Source: Verrucomicrobiota bacterium (GTDB lineage: Bacteria; Verrucomicrobiota; Verrucomicrobiia; Limisphaerales; CANJSG01). Taken from it: a stretch of DNA of 34,893 nucleotides. The stretch is from contig JBBQXJ010000051.1 of the NCBI GenBank assembly GCA_038209745.1, positions 1 to 34,893 on the forward strand, in the 5' to 3' direction. The number at the start of each line of letters is the position of its first letter. Within the stretch, counting starts at the first letter, position 1. This document shows positions 1 to 8,890 of the stretch, one piece after another. The translations under genes and the position numbers were made by a program. The notes below the pieces were generated by a model that was not told the DNA's origin, made no database searches, and saw only the letters and a program-made list of their open reading frames with translations.

Positions 1-872
1 ATCCCTTCGATCAGCTTCTCCAGTCTCTTTCCATATTCCACGTAGTTCGCCTTGAGCGCGTCTTCGCTGGCGGCCTTGGCGTTCACGTCGTGGAAGACGG
101 CGACCATGTGGGGCTCGATGCTGATGCCGGCGTCGTAGCCCCGGGCGAAGGCGTCTTTCAGGATCTCGCGGATCTTGCCGTGGCCTTCGCCGGGCCAATG
201 GTAGTCGGCGTCGTTCTTGGCCGGATTCCAGACGGCGTCCTTGATGTGGAGGTGGACGACGTGGTCGCGGACGTGCGTCCAGAATTCCCACGGATCCTGC
301 CTGGGCCAGGGCCTGGGCTTGGCGCGGTCGGGATTGAAGACGGGGTTGGCGGTGTCGAAGACCCACTTGAGGCCGGGGACCTTTTCCAGCAGCTCGACGG
401 CGGCCTGCCAGCTCATGCCGCCATAGTTCATGCAGTTCTCGTGGACGGGCGTGATGCCGGCGTCGAGGAAGCGCCGGGTCACTTCGCGGACGCGGTCGAT
501 GACGAGCGGTGGAAGGGTGGAGTCGTCGTCGCCGGGCTTGAGGCTCATGATGCGGGCGAACCGGGTTCCGAGCCGCTGCATCCGGGGTATGGCGCGGCCG
601 ACTTCTCCCACGGTCACGTCCCAGGGCGTCGCCACGGTCTTTGCCCAGTTCATGATGGTGGTGCCGAACGCGTAGACGCCGATGTCGGCTGCTTGGAGTT
701 TTGCCGCGCAGATCTCGAAAGCCGCGTCCGGGATCTCGTGGAAGTTGCCCTTGGGAAAGCCGGCGACTTCGACGCCGCGCATTTCGAGGTGTTTCCAGCC
801 CAGCGTCTGCGTCGCGGCGATCTGGGTATCGATGGACGCGCCGGCTTCGTCGCCGACACCTAGGAGAATCAT
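1..872 (-). CDS. Sugar phosphate isomerase/epimerase (xylose-isomerase-like TIM barrel), runs off the left window edge
   Basis: Not in the ORF track because the stop lies outside the window. Manual translation from ATG 872: MILLGVGDEAGASIDTQIAATQTLGWKHLEMRG...HENCMNYGG...VFDTANP...HLHIKD...GEG...ISIEPH, giving the E/D/H/E metal-binding pattern of AP_endonuc_2 barrels. Confidence 0.85.
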   Translation of the reverse strand, partial: MILLGVGDEAGASIDTQIAATQTLGWKHLEMRGVEVAGFPKGNFHEIPDAAFEICAAKLQAADIGVYAFGTTIMNWAKTVATPWDVTVGEVGRAIPRMQRLGTRFARIMSLKPGDDDSTLPPLVIDRVREVTRRFLDAGITPVHENCMNYGGMSWQAAVELLEKVPGLKWVFDTANPVFNPDRAKPRPWPRQDPWEFWTHVRDHVVHLHIKDAVWNPAKNDADYHWPGEGHGKIREILKDAFARGYDAGISIEPHMVAVFHDVNAKAASEDALKANYVEYGKRLEKLIEG

Positions 873-932
873 GGACGAAGTATTGGAAGAGAGGATCCGG
901 AGCGGAAACGAAATCTTTGGGCGAGCCGGCAC

Positions 933-1030
933 GGAGCGCGGACGGTTGCGTCCGGTAGGACCGCCATTCATGGAAAAGGCGGCGTGTCGTTTCGAGAACG
1001 CGGCCTCGCGGACGTGATCGTCCGCGCTCC
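933..1030. repeat. REP-like inverted doublet
   Basis: GGAGCGCGGAC (933-943) and GTCCGCGCTCC (1020-1030) are a perfect inverted pair. Each arm continues into a small GCGGAC..GTCCG hairpin. Intergenic. Confidence 0.7.
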
Positions 1031-1035
1031 TGGCG

Positions 1036-2199
1036 CTACAGCGACTTCAGCGCGGAGATCACCGGGAGGCGCGCGGCGCGCAACGCCGGGAACAGGCTGC
1101 CGGCGAGCCCGATGACGACCGAAAAGGCCACGCCCATGAGCATCAGGTCGGGCGTGACGCGGAACTGGAAGACGGTTTCGGCGAACGACTGGAAGTTGAG
1201 CGTGCCGGTGGTGTAGCCGTTCAATCCCAGAGACAGAACACAGCCAAGCACGCCGCCGATCGCGGCCACGAGTGCGCCCTCGATCAGGAAGCACAGCACG
1301 ATGGCGCGGCGGGAATAGCCGAGGACGCGGAGCGTGCCGATCTCGCGGGTGCGGGCGGCCACGCTGGCATACATGGTGTTCATGGCGGCGAAGACGGCCC
1401 CGATCGACATGGCGGTGCCCAGGATGCCCGCGAGGATCTTGATGGGCGTGGCGGTCATGGTCTGCTTGGCGTAGTAGTCCGTTTCCTTCTCGGCGCGCAG
1501 GGCGAGGCGTTTGTCCGCCTCGACCCGGGCGATGAGGGCGGCGGCCGCCGCTGGGTCCTTGGGACGGATCAGGAAACTGGAATACATGTCGCGATCGAAG
1601 ATCGAACGGGCTTCATCCGCGTCCATCCAGGCTTCGGAATCATAGGCGCTCGAATGCCCGTCGAAGTGTCCGACGACTTTTAGGCGATCGGGACCGGCCT
1701 TGATGGTGCCGCCGATCTCGAACCCTTCGAACCGGGCGGCCAGGCGCCGGGAGACGGTGATTTCGCGTTGACCGGGTCGGAACCAACGGCCGTCGGTCAG
1801 CGTGACCTGCGGTCGCAATTCCATGCCGCGCGGGGTGACGCCGCGGATGAGCGTGTTGGCCTCGTTCGTCGATTCGCGGCGCGGAGCGCTGATGATCAGG
1901 ACGACATCGGCGGAGATGAGCGGCTCGCCACGCTCGTTCCGGGCGATCTCGTCGAAGTAGCGGATGGTCTGGAAGTTCGCCCGGGAGACGAGACTTCCCG
2001 ATTCGGCCTGGGAGCCCTTGCGGACCACGAGCACGTTGCGCGGATCACCGGTGTTGGCGCTGGTGGCTTCGAGTCCCCGCGCGAGTGCGCGCAACAGCAC
2101 AAAGACGGCGACCACCGCCGCGATGCCGAGTATGGTGAACAGGGTCGTTCTCCAACGAACGACGACGTTCCGGAAGTTGTATTTAAGCGGGAGAGCCAT
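1036..2199 (-). CDS. ABC transporter permease (MacB/FtsX family)
   Basis: N-terminal TM helix, periplasmic domain, and C-terminal RTREIGTLRVLGY FtsX motif followed by 3 TM helices. Confidence 0.92.
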   Translation of the reverse strand: MALPLKYNFRNVVVRWRTTLFTILGIAAVVAVFVLLRALARGLEATSANTGDPRNVLVVRKGSQAESGSLVSRANFQTIRYFDEIARNERGEPLISADVVLIISAPRRESTNEANTLIRGVTPRGMELRPQVTLTDGRWFRPGQREITVSRRLAARFEGFEIGGTIKAGPDRLKVVGHFDGHSSAYDSEAWMDADEARSIFDRDMYSSFLIRPKDPAAAAALIARVEADKRLALRAEKETDYYAKQTMTATPIKILAGILGTAMSIGAVFAAMNTMYASVAARTREIGTLRVLGYSRRAIVLCFLIEGALVAAIGGVLGCVLSLGLNGYTTGTLNFQSFAETVFQFRVTPDLMLMGVAFSVVIGLAGSLFPALRAARLPVISALKSL

Positions 2200-2234
2200 G
2201 CTTGAGTCTTAAGTCTCGTGTCCAAGATCCAAAT
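2200..2234. repeat. Degenerate heptamer tandem repeat downstream of the four-helix-bundle gene
   Basis: Minus strand reads atttgga-tcttgga-cacgaga-cttaaga-ctcaagc, a 7-nt periodicity. Confidence 0.5.
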
Positions 2235-2582
2235 TCAGGGGCGGTCGCGGAATTGTGGACCTTTCAGATCCGAGTTGCGCAGGGAGTCCATGAAGCCGGC
2301 CAGGAGGCGACTGATCCGGGTCGATTCTGCGAGCCGCTGCTGGAACTGTTCTTCGTGGAGGTATCCTAGGTCCCGCGCCGGGCTGAGCCGGGATCGGACC
2401 TCGCCAGCGGATCCTTTCGTGGTGGAGAGACGCTGGATGAACCCCTTGTCGCCGCCCCGCTCAAACCCCTCGGCGATGTTGGACATGATCGAGACCGCCC
2501 CCCGGCGAATCTGGTCACGCAGTCCGAAGGCCCGTGCGACCCCGCCTTGATTCGAGACTTCGAAACGTTCGATCTTCGCCAT
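2235..2582 (-). pseudogene. Four helix bundle protein (23S rRNA IVS-protein family), probably degenerate, with an in-frame N-terminal deletion
   Basis: LRDQIRRGAVSIMSNIAEGFER..F...L...KGSAGEV family signature. The usual F(E)DL..WQKA..L...IY helix is missing (reads FE-VSNQG), and the KEF..FL / QLY.A.D positions are altered. Confidence 0.7.
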
Positions 2583-2647
2583 GATGGTTTTCTTCGGATT
2601 GGGATTCGGCCTTTGATGACTAGCGACTTTGGACCGGGGACTCCGGG

Positions 2648-3901
2648 CTATTGCAGCGCCTGCTGGATCAACGCCCACGCTGCGGCGTCGGTGCCTTTCT
2701 CGGCGCGGGGCCCGCCGAGGTTGGTCGAGACGACGACGGCGAAGTCCTTTTCCGGAGCGATCCAGATGACGGTGTAGAACATGGTGTTCGAGCCGGTGTG
2801 GGTCAGGACCTTGCCGCCTCCCCAGGGTCTTTCGGTCACGACCCAGCCCATCGCATAGTCCTGGCCAGCGAGCGCGGTGTGCAGTTTGCGGAACGACTCG
2901 GGTTTCAAGATTTGGCCTTGGCCCCGTGCTCCCTGGAGATGGAACGCCGCATAGCGCGCGAGATCGCCGATGGAACAGTGGACGGTGCCGCCGGGTCCTA
3001 TTGCTGCGGGATTTTCAGCCTTCAAGCCCGGTTCGACCGGAGAGTCTCCGCCCAACAGCTTCGCCGGACTGTGGCCCCAAGGCTGGTCGATCTTGCCCGG
3101 ACTGGCCGGTGCGCCAAATCCCGCGCTGGTCATGCCCAACGGCTCGAAAAGGCGTTCACGCAGGAGTTGTTCCCACGGCTTGCCGGCACGGACTTCGAGC
3201 AGGTGGCCGCCGAGCGCGAATCCGGCGTTCGCGTAGATGAACTTCGTGCCGGGTTTGGCGGCGGGCTCGGTCTTCGTGAGTTCGGCCGCCAGGTAGTTTC
3301 GCTGTTCCAGGGGCGTCTTGGCGGCGCGTTCCCAGAGCCGGCCCCAGAGTCCGTCCGCGTTCAGGTCGCCAGGAACGCCGCCGCGATTGGCGAGGAGGAG
3401 CTCCAGCGGATCGTCGCGATACTGGGGATTCATCCCGGGTGCGAGATCGGTCAGGATATCGCCGAGGGTGTTGGTCCATTGGATGGTTCCGTTCTCGACC
3501 ATCATCGCGGCAAGCGTGGCGGTCATCGACTTGGTGCAGGATCCGATGTGGAACTTGTCGTCGACGGCGACCTTCTCGGGACTGCCGAGCCTGCGAACAC
3601 CGACGGCTCCGATCGAGACGATATTGGTGCCCCGCACGACGGCGGCGGCGAGGGCGGGAAGTTTGTATTCGGCACGGACCTTCTCGAGGACTTCGGAGAT
3701 GTCCGACGGGGCGGCGGAGAGTGCCGGTATTATGGCGGCGAGGGCGATCCATCCGAGGGCGTGGCCAACCCACCCCCGAGGCTTCCTTGAAGGGGACAAG
3801 GCTGGACGCCGCTCGACCATCGGATGCGCGTGCCCGGTTCCCCTCCAGGGAGGGGTCGGGAGTGGGTTCCCTGTGCTGGTGTCGGCTTCAATTGTCTCCA
3901 T
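2648..3901 (-). CDS. Secreted serine hydrolase, beta-lactamase/class C family
   Basis: SxxK motif (IGSCTKS), YAN (YxN) motif, HTG motif, and a hydrophobic signal-like stretch. Start could be 3901 or 3820. Confidence 0.88.
   Translation of the reverse strand: METIEADTSTGNPLPTPPWRGTGHAHPMVERRPALSPSRKPRGWVGHALGWIALAAIIPALSAAPSDISEVLEKVRAEYKLPALAAAVVRGTNIVSIGAVGVRRLGSPEKVAVDDKFHIGSCTKSMTATLAAMMVENGTIQWTNTLGDILTDLAPGMNPQYRDDPLELLLANRGGVPGDLNADGLWGRLWERAAKTPLEQRNYLAAELTKTEPAAKPGTKFIYANAGFALGGHLLEVRAGKPWEQLLRERLFEPLGMTSAGFGAPASPGKIDQPWGHSPAKLLGGDSPVEPGLKAENPAAIGPGGTVHCSIGDLARYAAFHLQGARGQGQILKPESFRKLHTALAGQDYAMGWVVTERPWGGGKVLTHTGSNTMFYTVIWIAPEKDFAVVVSTNLGGPRAEKGTDAAAWALIQQALQ
3767..3868. repeat. REP-like inverted doublet inside the 5' end of the serine hydrolase CDS
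   Basis: AACCCACCCCCGAGGCTTCCTTGAAGGGGA (3767-3796) is an imperfect inverted repeat of TTCCCCTCCAGGGAGGGGTCGGGAGTGGGTT (3838-3868). The latter contains a CCCCTCC/GGAGGGG hairpin. Confidence 0.65.
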
Positions 3902-3904
3902 GGT

Positions 3905-5050
3905 TCAGTCCAATGTCTGCAAACCCTGCACGACGCTCATGCGGGCGACGGCGATGGAAGGGGCGATGGCGGAGACGATTCCCAAGAGCGCGGCCACGAT
4001 GCCGCCGGTGGCCATGATGCGGGGCGTCACTTCGAAATAGACGAGGAATCCCCGGGTCAAAGTCTGGAGGTCGATATGGGTCCAGAAGGCCCACGCTCCG
4101 CCGATCCCGAGGACCGCCCCGGCCGCGGCGAGACCGAAGCTCTCGGCCAGGATGAAGCCGAAGAGTTCGCGCCGTTTGAAGCCCAGGGCCTTCAGGACGG
4201 CCAGTTCCCGGAAACGCTCGCGGATGGCCATGCTCATGGTGCTGGCGGCGACCAGCACGAGGGTGAAGACGACCACGGTGCTGATGGCGCCGATGAGCAC
4301 CTTCACGTTGCCCCACATGCTGATGAAGCTCATCTGGAAGGCCCGCTCGGTCTCCGCCCGCACTTCGGCCGAGGTGTTGGCAAAAGCCTTGTCCACCTGG
4401 GCGATCACCGTATTGGCCGCGTCGGCCGAGGCGGCGAGCAGATACCAGGTGCCGACCGTTCCCGGATCGCCCGTCAATTCGTCGAGGAGCTTGTGGTGGA
4501 AGAAGACGTTCCGGTCGTCGACCGTGCCCGTGTAGACGGCGGCGATCCGCAGATCGAGATCGACGGGGTAGAACGTTCCGGTGAAGCGCATCTTGTCGCC
4601 GACCTTCAGCTCATAGCGCTTCAGCGTGTCGGCGCCGATCAGGCAGGAGTTGCGGTCCTTGACGAAGTCCTCGTAGCTGCCGTCGACGATCCTCCCCTCG
4701 ACCATGATGCCGGCGAACTTCCGGGGATCGACCGCGAACTGGGCGAAGCTGGTCACGGTCTCGTCCCGGAAATTGCCGCCGAAGAAGGTGAACGGCGACG
4801 CGGCGACGATGCCCGGGATCCGCTCGATGATCGCGAGCTGCTTGGCCGGCAACGTGAAGGTGATGTTCACCCTGTTGCGGACGATGATGCGGAGCGAGGC
4901 GGCTTCGGACTCCGGCGGAACGGTCAGCTCGCGCATCAAGGTCAACAGCGTGACCAGCAGTCCGCAGCTGACGGCGACGCTGACCACCGTGAGGGCTGCG
5001 CGGCGGCGGTTGCGGAGGGCGTTCTTGACGATGAACGAAGCGAGGGTCAC
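3905..5050 (-). CDS. ABC transporter permease (MacB/FtsX family)
   Basis: KNALRNRRRAALT + TM, periplasmic domain, RERFRELAVLKALGF motif. GTG start overlaps the ATPase stop. Confidence 0.92.
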   Translation of the reverse strand: MTLASFIVKNALRNRRRAALTVVSVAVSCGLLVTLLTLMRELTVPPESEAASLRIIVRNRVNITFTLPAKQLAIIERIPGIVAASPFTFFGGNFRDETVTSFAQFAVDPRKFAGIMVEGRIVDGSYEDFVKDRNSCLIGADTLKRYELKVGDKMRFTGTFYPVDLDLRIAAVYTGTVDDRNVFFHHKLLDELTGDPGTVGTWYLLAASADAANTVIAQVDKAFANTSAEVRAETERAFQMSFISMWGNVKVLIGAISTVVVFTLVLVAASTMSMAIRERFRELAVLKALGFKRRELFGFILAESFGLAAAGAVLGIGGAWAFWTHIDLQTLTRGFLVYFEVTPRIMATGGIVAALLGIVSAIAPSIAVARMSVVQGLQTLD

Positions 5051-5727
5051 GCCACGATCTCCCCTTTCTCCAGATGCAGGCTGCGGGTCCCGTAGCTGGC
5101 GGCTTTGGGGTCGTGCGTGACCATCACGATGGTCTTGCCGACGCGGGCGCTCAGGGCCTGGAGGATCTCCAGCGCGTCGGAGGCGGACTTCGCATCCAGG
5201 TTTCCCGTCGGTTCATCGGCCACGATGATGGCGGGATCGGTCACGAGCGCGCGGGCGATGGCGACGCGCTGCTGCTGGCCGCCGGACATCTGGTCCGGAC
5301 GGTGATGGCCGCGGTCGGCGAGGCCGACGAGCTCCAGCGCGGTGAGCGCCTGTTGGCGGCGTTGTTTGCGGTTGAGACTGGTGAGGAGCAGCGGCAGCTC
5401 GATGTTCTCCTGCGCCGTCAGGACGGGGATGAGGTTGAAGCTCTGGAAAACGAAGCCGACGTTCTGGTTCCGCCATTCGGCGAGTTCCGATTCGTTGAGG
5501 TTGGCGACATTGATGCCCTGGACCAGGACGGATCCCGCTGTCGCGCGGTCGATGCCGGCGATGATGTGGAGGAGGGTGGACTTGCCGGAGCCGGAAGGGC
5601 CCATCAAGACGACGAATTCACCGGGTTGGATGCCGAGCTCGATGTTGTCGAGAGCGGTGACGTTGATGTCGCCCTGACGGTAGATCTTGGAGAGTCCGTG
5701 AATCTGGACAATTGGTTCCGTCGCCAT
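5047..5727 (-). CDS. ABC transporter ATP-binding protein (LolD/MacB-like)
   Basis: Walker A GPSGSGKS, signature MSGGQQQR, Walker [14 protein letters not shown]-loop VTHD. True start MATEP at 5727; the upstream extension in the ORF track overlaps the next gene. Confidence 0.95.
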   Translation of the reverse strand: MATEPIVQIHGLSKIYRQGDINVTALDNIELGIQPGEFVVLMGPSGSGKSTLLHIIAGIDRATAGSVLVQGINVANLNESELAEWRNQNVGFVFQSFNLIPVLTAQENIELPLLLTSLNRKQRRQQALTALELVGLADRGHHRPDQMSGGQQQRVAIARALVTDPAIIVADEPTGNLDAKSASDALEILQALSARVGKTIVMVTHDPKAASYGTRSLHLEKGEIVA

Positions 5728-5836
5728 GACGGCGGGAGAGATAGGACAGACCGAAGGCGAAAGCAAACCGGAGAAGTCGGCAGCCGTCCAAGTTCGCCCG
5801 GCGGCTGTGGGAACTCCGACCGCGGATCGACTTTCC

Positions 5837-6994
5837 CTAAACCCGCCGCACGTCCGCCACGCATTCGACGTGCTGGGTCTGGGGAAACATGTCGAGGGGA
5901 GTGATGCCGTGGAGACGGAAGGCGCCGTCGGCGCAGAGCAGCTTGAGGTCGCGGGCCAGCGTCGCGGGGTGGCAGGAGACGTAGATGACCTGCGCGGGTC
6001 CGACCTCGCGGAGGAGCTTGATGGACTGGGGGTCGCAGCCGGCCCGGGGCGGATCGAGGATGACGGTGGTCTTCTCCGGCGAATAGCGGCCGATGAGCCG
6101 GGGCAGCAGGGCTTCGGCGGAGCCGTGGTGGTAGTCGCCGTTGGCCAGGCCGCGATTGGCGGCGTTCTTCTTGGCGGCGCGGATGGCCATGCCGTCGATC
6201 TCGACCCCGGCGAATTCCTCGCAGAGATCGCCCATCTCCACGCTGAAGAACCCGACGCCGCAGTAGGCGTCGATGAGGAAGCGGCAGCCGCTGTCGACGA
6301 ACCGTTCGCGGACGGTCCGCACAAGTCCGGGCAGGAGCAGGAAGTTGTTCTGGAAAAACGAGTCGTTCGGCAGTTCCCAGCCGTCGGGCGGGATGCGGAG
6401 CACGGCCTTGGTCCCGCTCTTGGGCGGGGGATTCTCGCGCACGCGCTGGAGCTGGGTGTTCAACTCCGGTTCGGCGATGGGACAGGCTTCGACCTCCACG
6501 GCCCAATTGGATTCGGCTTCGAGGAATCCGACCATCATGCGGTCCAGATCATTGCTCCACTGGGTGCGGACCATGATGCGGTTCCGGTAGCCGAAGGGGG
6601 ACGGGCAGGGGACCAGGGCGTGGACGAGCGCGCCGTCGAAGCCGCCGATCCGCTGCATCAGGTCGGCGATCTGCTTGTGCTTCATCGGGAGCTGCGCGGC
6701 GTAGCTCAGGTGCTGGTATTGGCAGCCCCCGCAACGGGTGAAGTAGGGGCAGACCGGATCGACCCGGTCCGGAGACGGCTCGAGCACGCGGAGGAGCTTG
6801 GCCCGGGCGAAGTTCTTCTTCTTCTCGACGATCTCGGCCTCGACGCGTTCCCCGACGGCGACGAACGGAACGAAGATCGCGAGGCCGTCCCAGCGGCCCA
6901 CGCCGGCGCCGCCGAAGGCGATGTCGGAGATGGTGACCGTGACGACGCTGCCGACTTGAAGCGGGGTCGGAGTCTCGGAAACGGGAAGCGTCAT
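5837..6994 (-). CDS. rlmD: TRAM-domain RNA m5U methyltransferase (RlmD/TrmA family)
   Basis: N-terminal TRAM domain, CPYFTRCGGC Fe-S motif, FFQNN, DAYCGVG SAM motif, DPPRAG, YVSC, DMFPQT.HVE. Confidence 0.88.
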   Translation of the reverse strand: MTLPVSETPTPLQVGSVVTVTISDIAFGGAGVGRWDGLAIFVPFVAVGERVEAEIVEKKKNFARAKLLRVLEPSPDRVDPVCPYFTRCGGCQYQHLSYAAQLPMKHKQIADLMQRIGGFDGALVHALVPCPSPFGYRNRIMVRTQWSNDLDRMMVGFLEAESNWAVEVEACPIAEPELNTQLQRVRENPPPKSGTKAVLRIPPDGWELPNDSFFQNNFLLLPGLVRTVRERFVDSGCRFLIDAYCGVGFFSVEMGDLCEEFAGVEIDGMAIRAAKKNAANRGLANGDYHHGSAEALLPRLIGRYSPEKTTVILDPPRAGCDPQSIKLLREVGPAQVIYVSCHPATLARDLKLLCADGAFRLHGITPLDMFPQTQHVECVADVRRV

Positions 6995-8029
6995 CTACTT
7001 GGACTCGGAATGCTTCGTCTGCTCGTAGTGCCGGGCCAGGGCGTCGCCGCCGAAGTCGTTTTCCAGGTCGCGCCAGACGGCGTGGACGTGGTTCGCGTTG
7101 TTCTGGGTGTTGTCGTATTCGATGAGGAAGGTCGGGCCCTGGACGCGGTAGTAGTGCGGTTTGCCGACTTCCGTGGACCCGGCCCAGCCGAAGCGAATGG
7201 TGTCCACGCCGGCGCGGAGAATGCGGCCGATGTCGGCGTTCGCCAGTTCGGGTCGGAGGCGGCTGGCGTATTCGCGGATGAGGTCCCGGAGCATGAGCTG
7301 CTGGTCCTCCGGAAGGTCCTTGTAGACGACGCCGACGGGATCGAGGGCGTGGGCCTTGCGCTCGTTGGAGGTCAGGACTTCGCCGGGAGCCTTGTCGGTG
7401 TAGATGGCGGTCTTCCGCTGGTCTTCGGTCAAGGCGAGGACGAGTTGGCGGCCCATGTCCTCTTCGACGCCGAGGACGCGCAGGCCGGCGCGCTGGCCTT
7501 GTTTGACCTTGGCGGGATTGGTCCCGAAGAACGACGGAGTGCCGGAGATCTCGTGGCCGTTGACGATGGTGAAATTGGCCGAGAGGTGGTGGCCCTCGAC
7601 GCGCCAGCTCCAGGTGTTCGTCTCGCCGGGCGTGCCGAAGATGCTCAAGTAGTAGAGCTCGGGATCGCGCGGGAACGTGCGCTTCGGCCCCTCCATCTCG
7701 GCGAGGATCTCCTCCAGGCTCATGATCGTGCTGGCCTTGGCGAAGCCGCGGGCGCTGAAGCCGGAGACCAACAGGGCGTTGACCAGGGCGCGTTGGCCGC
7801 CGGTCATTTCCTTGATCGGAAGCCCGACGCGGTCCTTGGGAATGAAATGCCAGTTCTCACGTTCGTCGGAACCGAACTCGAACTGGGCCTTGGCTTTCTG
7901 CTCGGGCTTGAGCGCGGCGAGGACGTTGTTGGCGGCGTCGGCCATTTCCATGCCGGGGCCGTGGGCCAGCGCGGTGAACGCGAAGAGGGGCGCGAGGGCG
8001 AGCGCCACCAGTCTGGGAAGAATTTGCAT
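6995..8029 (-). CDS. DUF3500 domain protein, secreted
   Basis: Signal peptide; W.WR.EGHHLS.N, TP.F.G.NP, YYRVQGPTFLIEYDNTQNNANHVH.VWRD...DFG motifs. Confidence 0.88.
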   Translation of the reverse strand: MQILPRLVALALAPLFAFTALAHGPGMEMADAANNVLAALKPEQKAKAQFEFGSDERENWHFIPKDRVGLPIKEMTGGQRALVNALLVSGFSARGFAKASTIMSLEEILAEMEGPKRTFPRDPELYYLSIFGTPGETNTWSWRVEGHHLSANFTIVNGHEISGTPSFFGTNPAKVKQGQRAGLRVLGVEEDMGRQLVLALTEDQRKTAIYTDKAPGEVLTSNERKAHALDPVGVVYKDLPEDQQLMLRDLIREYASRLRPELANADIGRILRAGVDTIRFGWAGSTEVGKPHYYRVQGPTFLIEYDNTQNNANHVHAVWRDLENDFGGDALARHYEQTKHSESK

Positions 8030-8072
8030 TGGTGAGGTTTCCGGTTTCGTGCCTCGCCACGCAACGAAAACC

Positions 8073-8106
8073 TTGGCGTTGTCGCTGGTCTCAATACCTT
8101 TGCGCC
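8073..8106 (+). promoter_or_regulatory. Putative sigma70 leaderless promoter of ymdB-xseA
   Basis: TTGGCG-N16-TACCTT-N6-ATG, no Shine-Dalgarno. Confidence 0.5.
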
Positions 8107-8886
8107 ATGCGTTTGCTCTTCATCGGTGATGTGGTGGGTGAACCGGGCCGGCGGGCGGTCAAACAGATCCTGCCCCGTCTCAAGTCCGGTCACTCCATCG
8201 ACGTCGTGGTCGCCAACGGCGAGAACTCGGCGGGCGGTTCCGGCATCACGCCGGCCATCGCCGAGGAGCTGTTTGGCTACGGCGTCCATGCGATCACCTG
8301 CGGCGACCATCTTTGGGACCAGAAGGAAATCACCCAGCTCCTGTTGAAGGAGAGGCGCTTCGTGCGTCCGGGCAACTACCCGGATGGCGTTCCCGGTCAG
8401 GGTGCGACCATTCTGGAACTGCCGGGCCTGCCCCCCGTCGGCGTGATGAACCTGCAGGGCCGAACGTTCATGCCGGCTTTGGAAAACCCGTTCACGATGG
8501 CCCAGCAGATGGTCAAAGCGCTCCAAGTGGTGACGCCCGTCATTTTCCTCGATATGCACGCCGAGGCCACGTCCGAGAAGATCGCCATGGGCCGGATGCT
8601 CGACGGCGAAGTCAGCGCCGTGGTGGGCACCCACACGCATGTGCAGACGGCGGACGAACAGATCTTTCCCGGAGGCACGGCGTTCCTGTGCGACGCCGGC
8701 ATGACCGGTCCGCATGAAGGCTGTCTCGGCCGGGATTTCAACCCGATCATCGAACGCTTCCTGATGAACACGCCCCAGCGGTTCCACGTCGCGTCCGAGG
8801 GCATCCTGCTTCAGGGCGCACTTATCGACATCGACGCGTCGACCGGGAAAGCCACCGCGATCCGACGCATATCGGAGAAGATCTGA
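8107..8886 (+). CDS. ymdB: TIGR00282/YmdB family metallophosphoesterase (2',3'-cyclic nucleotide phosphodiesterase)
   Basis: MRLLFIGDVVGEPGR, NGENSAGG.GIT, DMHAEATSEK, GTHTHVQTADE. Start at ATG 8107. Confidence 0.93.
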   Translation: MRLLFIGDVVGEPGRRAVKQILPRLKSGHSIDVVVANGENSAGGSGITPAIAEELFGYGVHAITCGDHLWDQKEITQLLLKERRFVRPGNYPDGVPGQGATILELPGLPPVGVMNLQGRTFMPALENPFTMAQQMVKALQVVTPVIFLDMHAEATSEKIAMGRMLDGEVSAVVGTHTHVQTADEQIFPGGTAFLCDAGMTGPHEGCLGRDFNPIIERFLMNTPQRFHVASEGILLQGALIDIDASTGKATAIRRISEKI

Positions 8887-8890
8887 GCCC

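Noticed and set aside
90..863. 257-aa plus-strand ORF
   Set aside because: Antisense shadow of the minus-strand TIM-barrel isomerase gene.
5780..5832. Possible REP or terminator after rlmD (CAGCCG...CGGCTG)
   Set aside because: Short stem, no U-tract and no clear partner arm; too weak to call.
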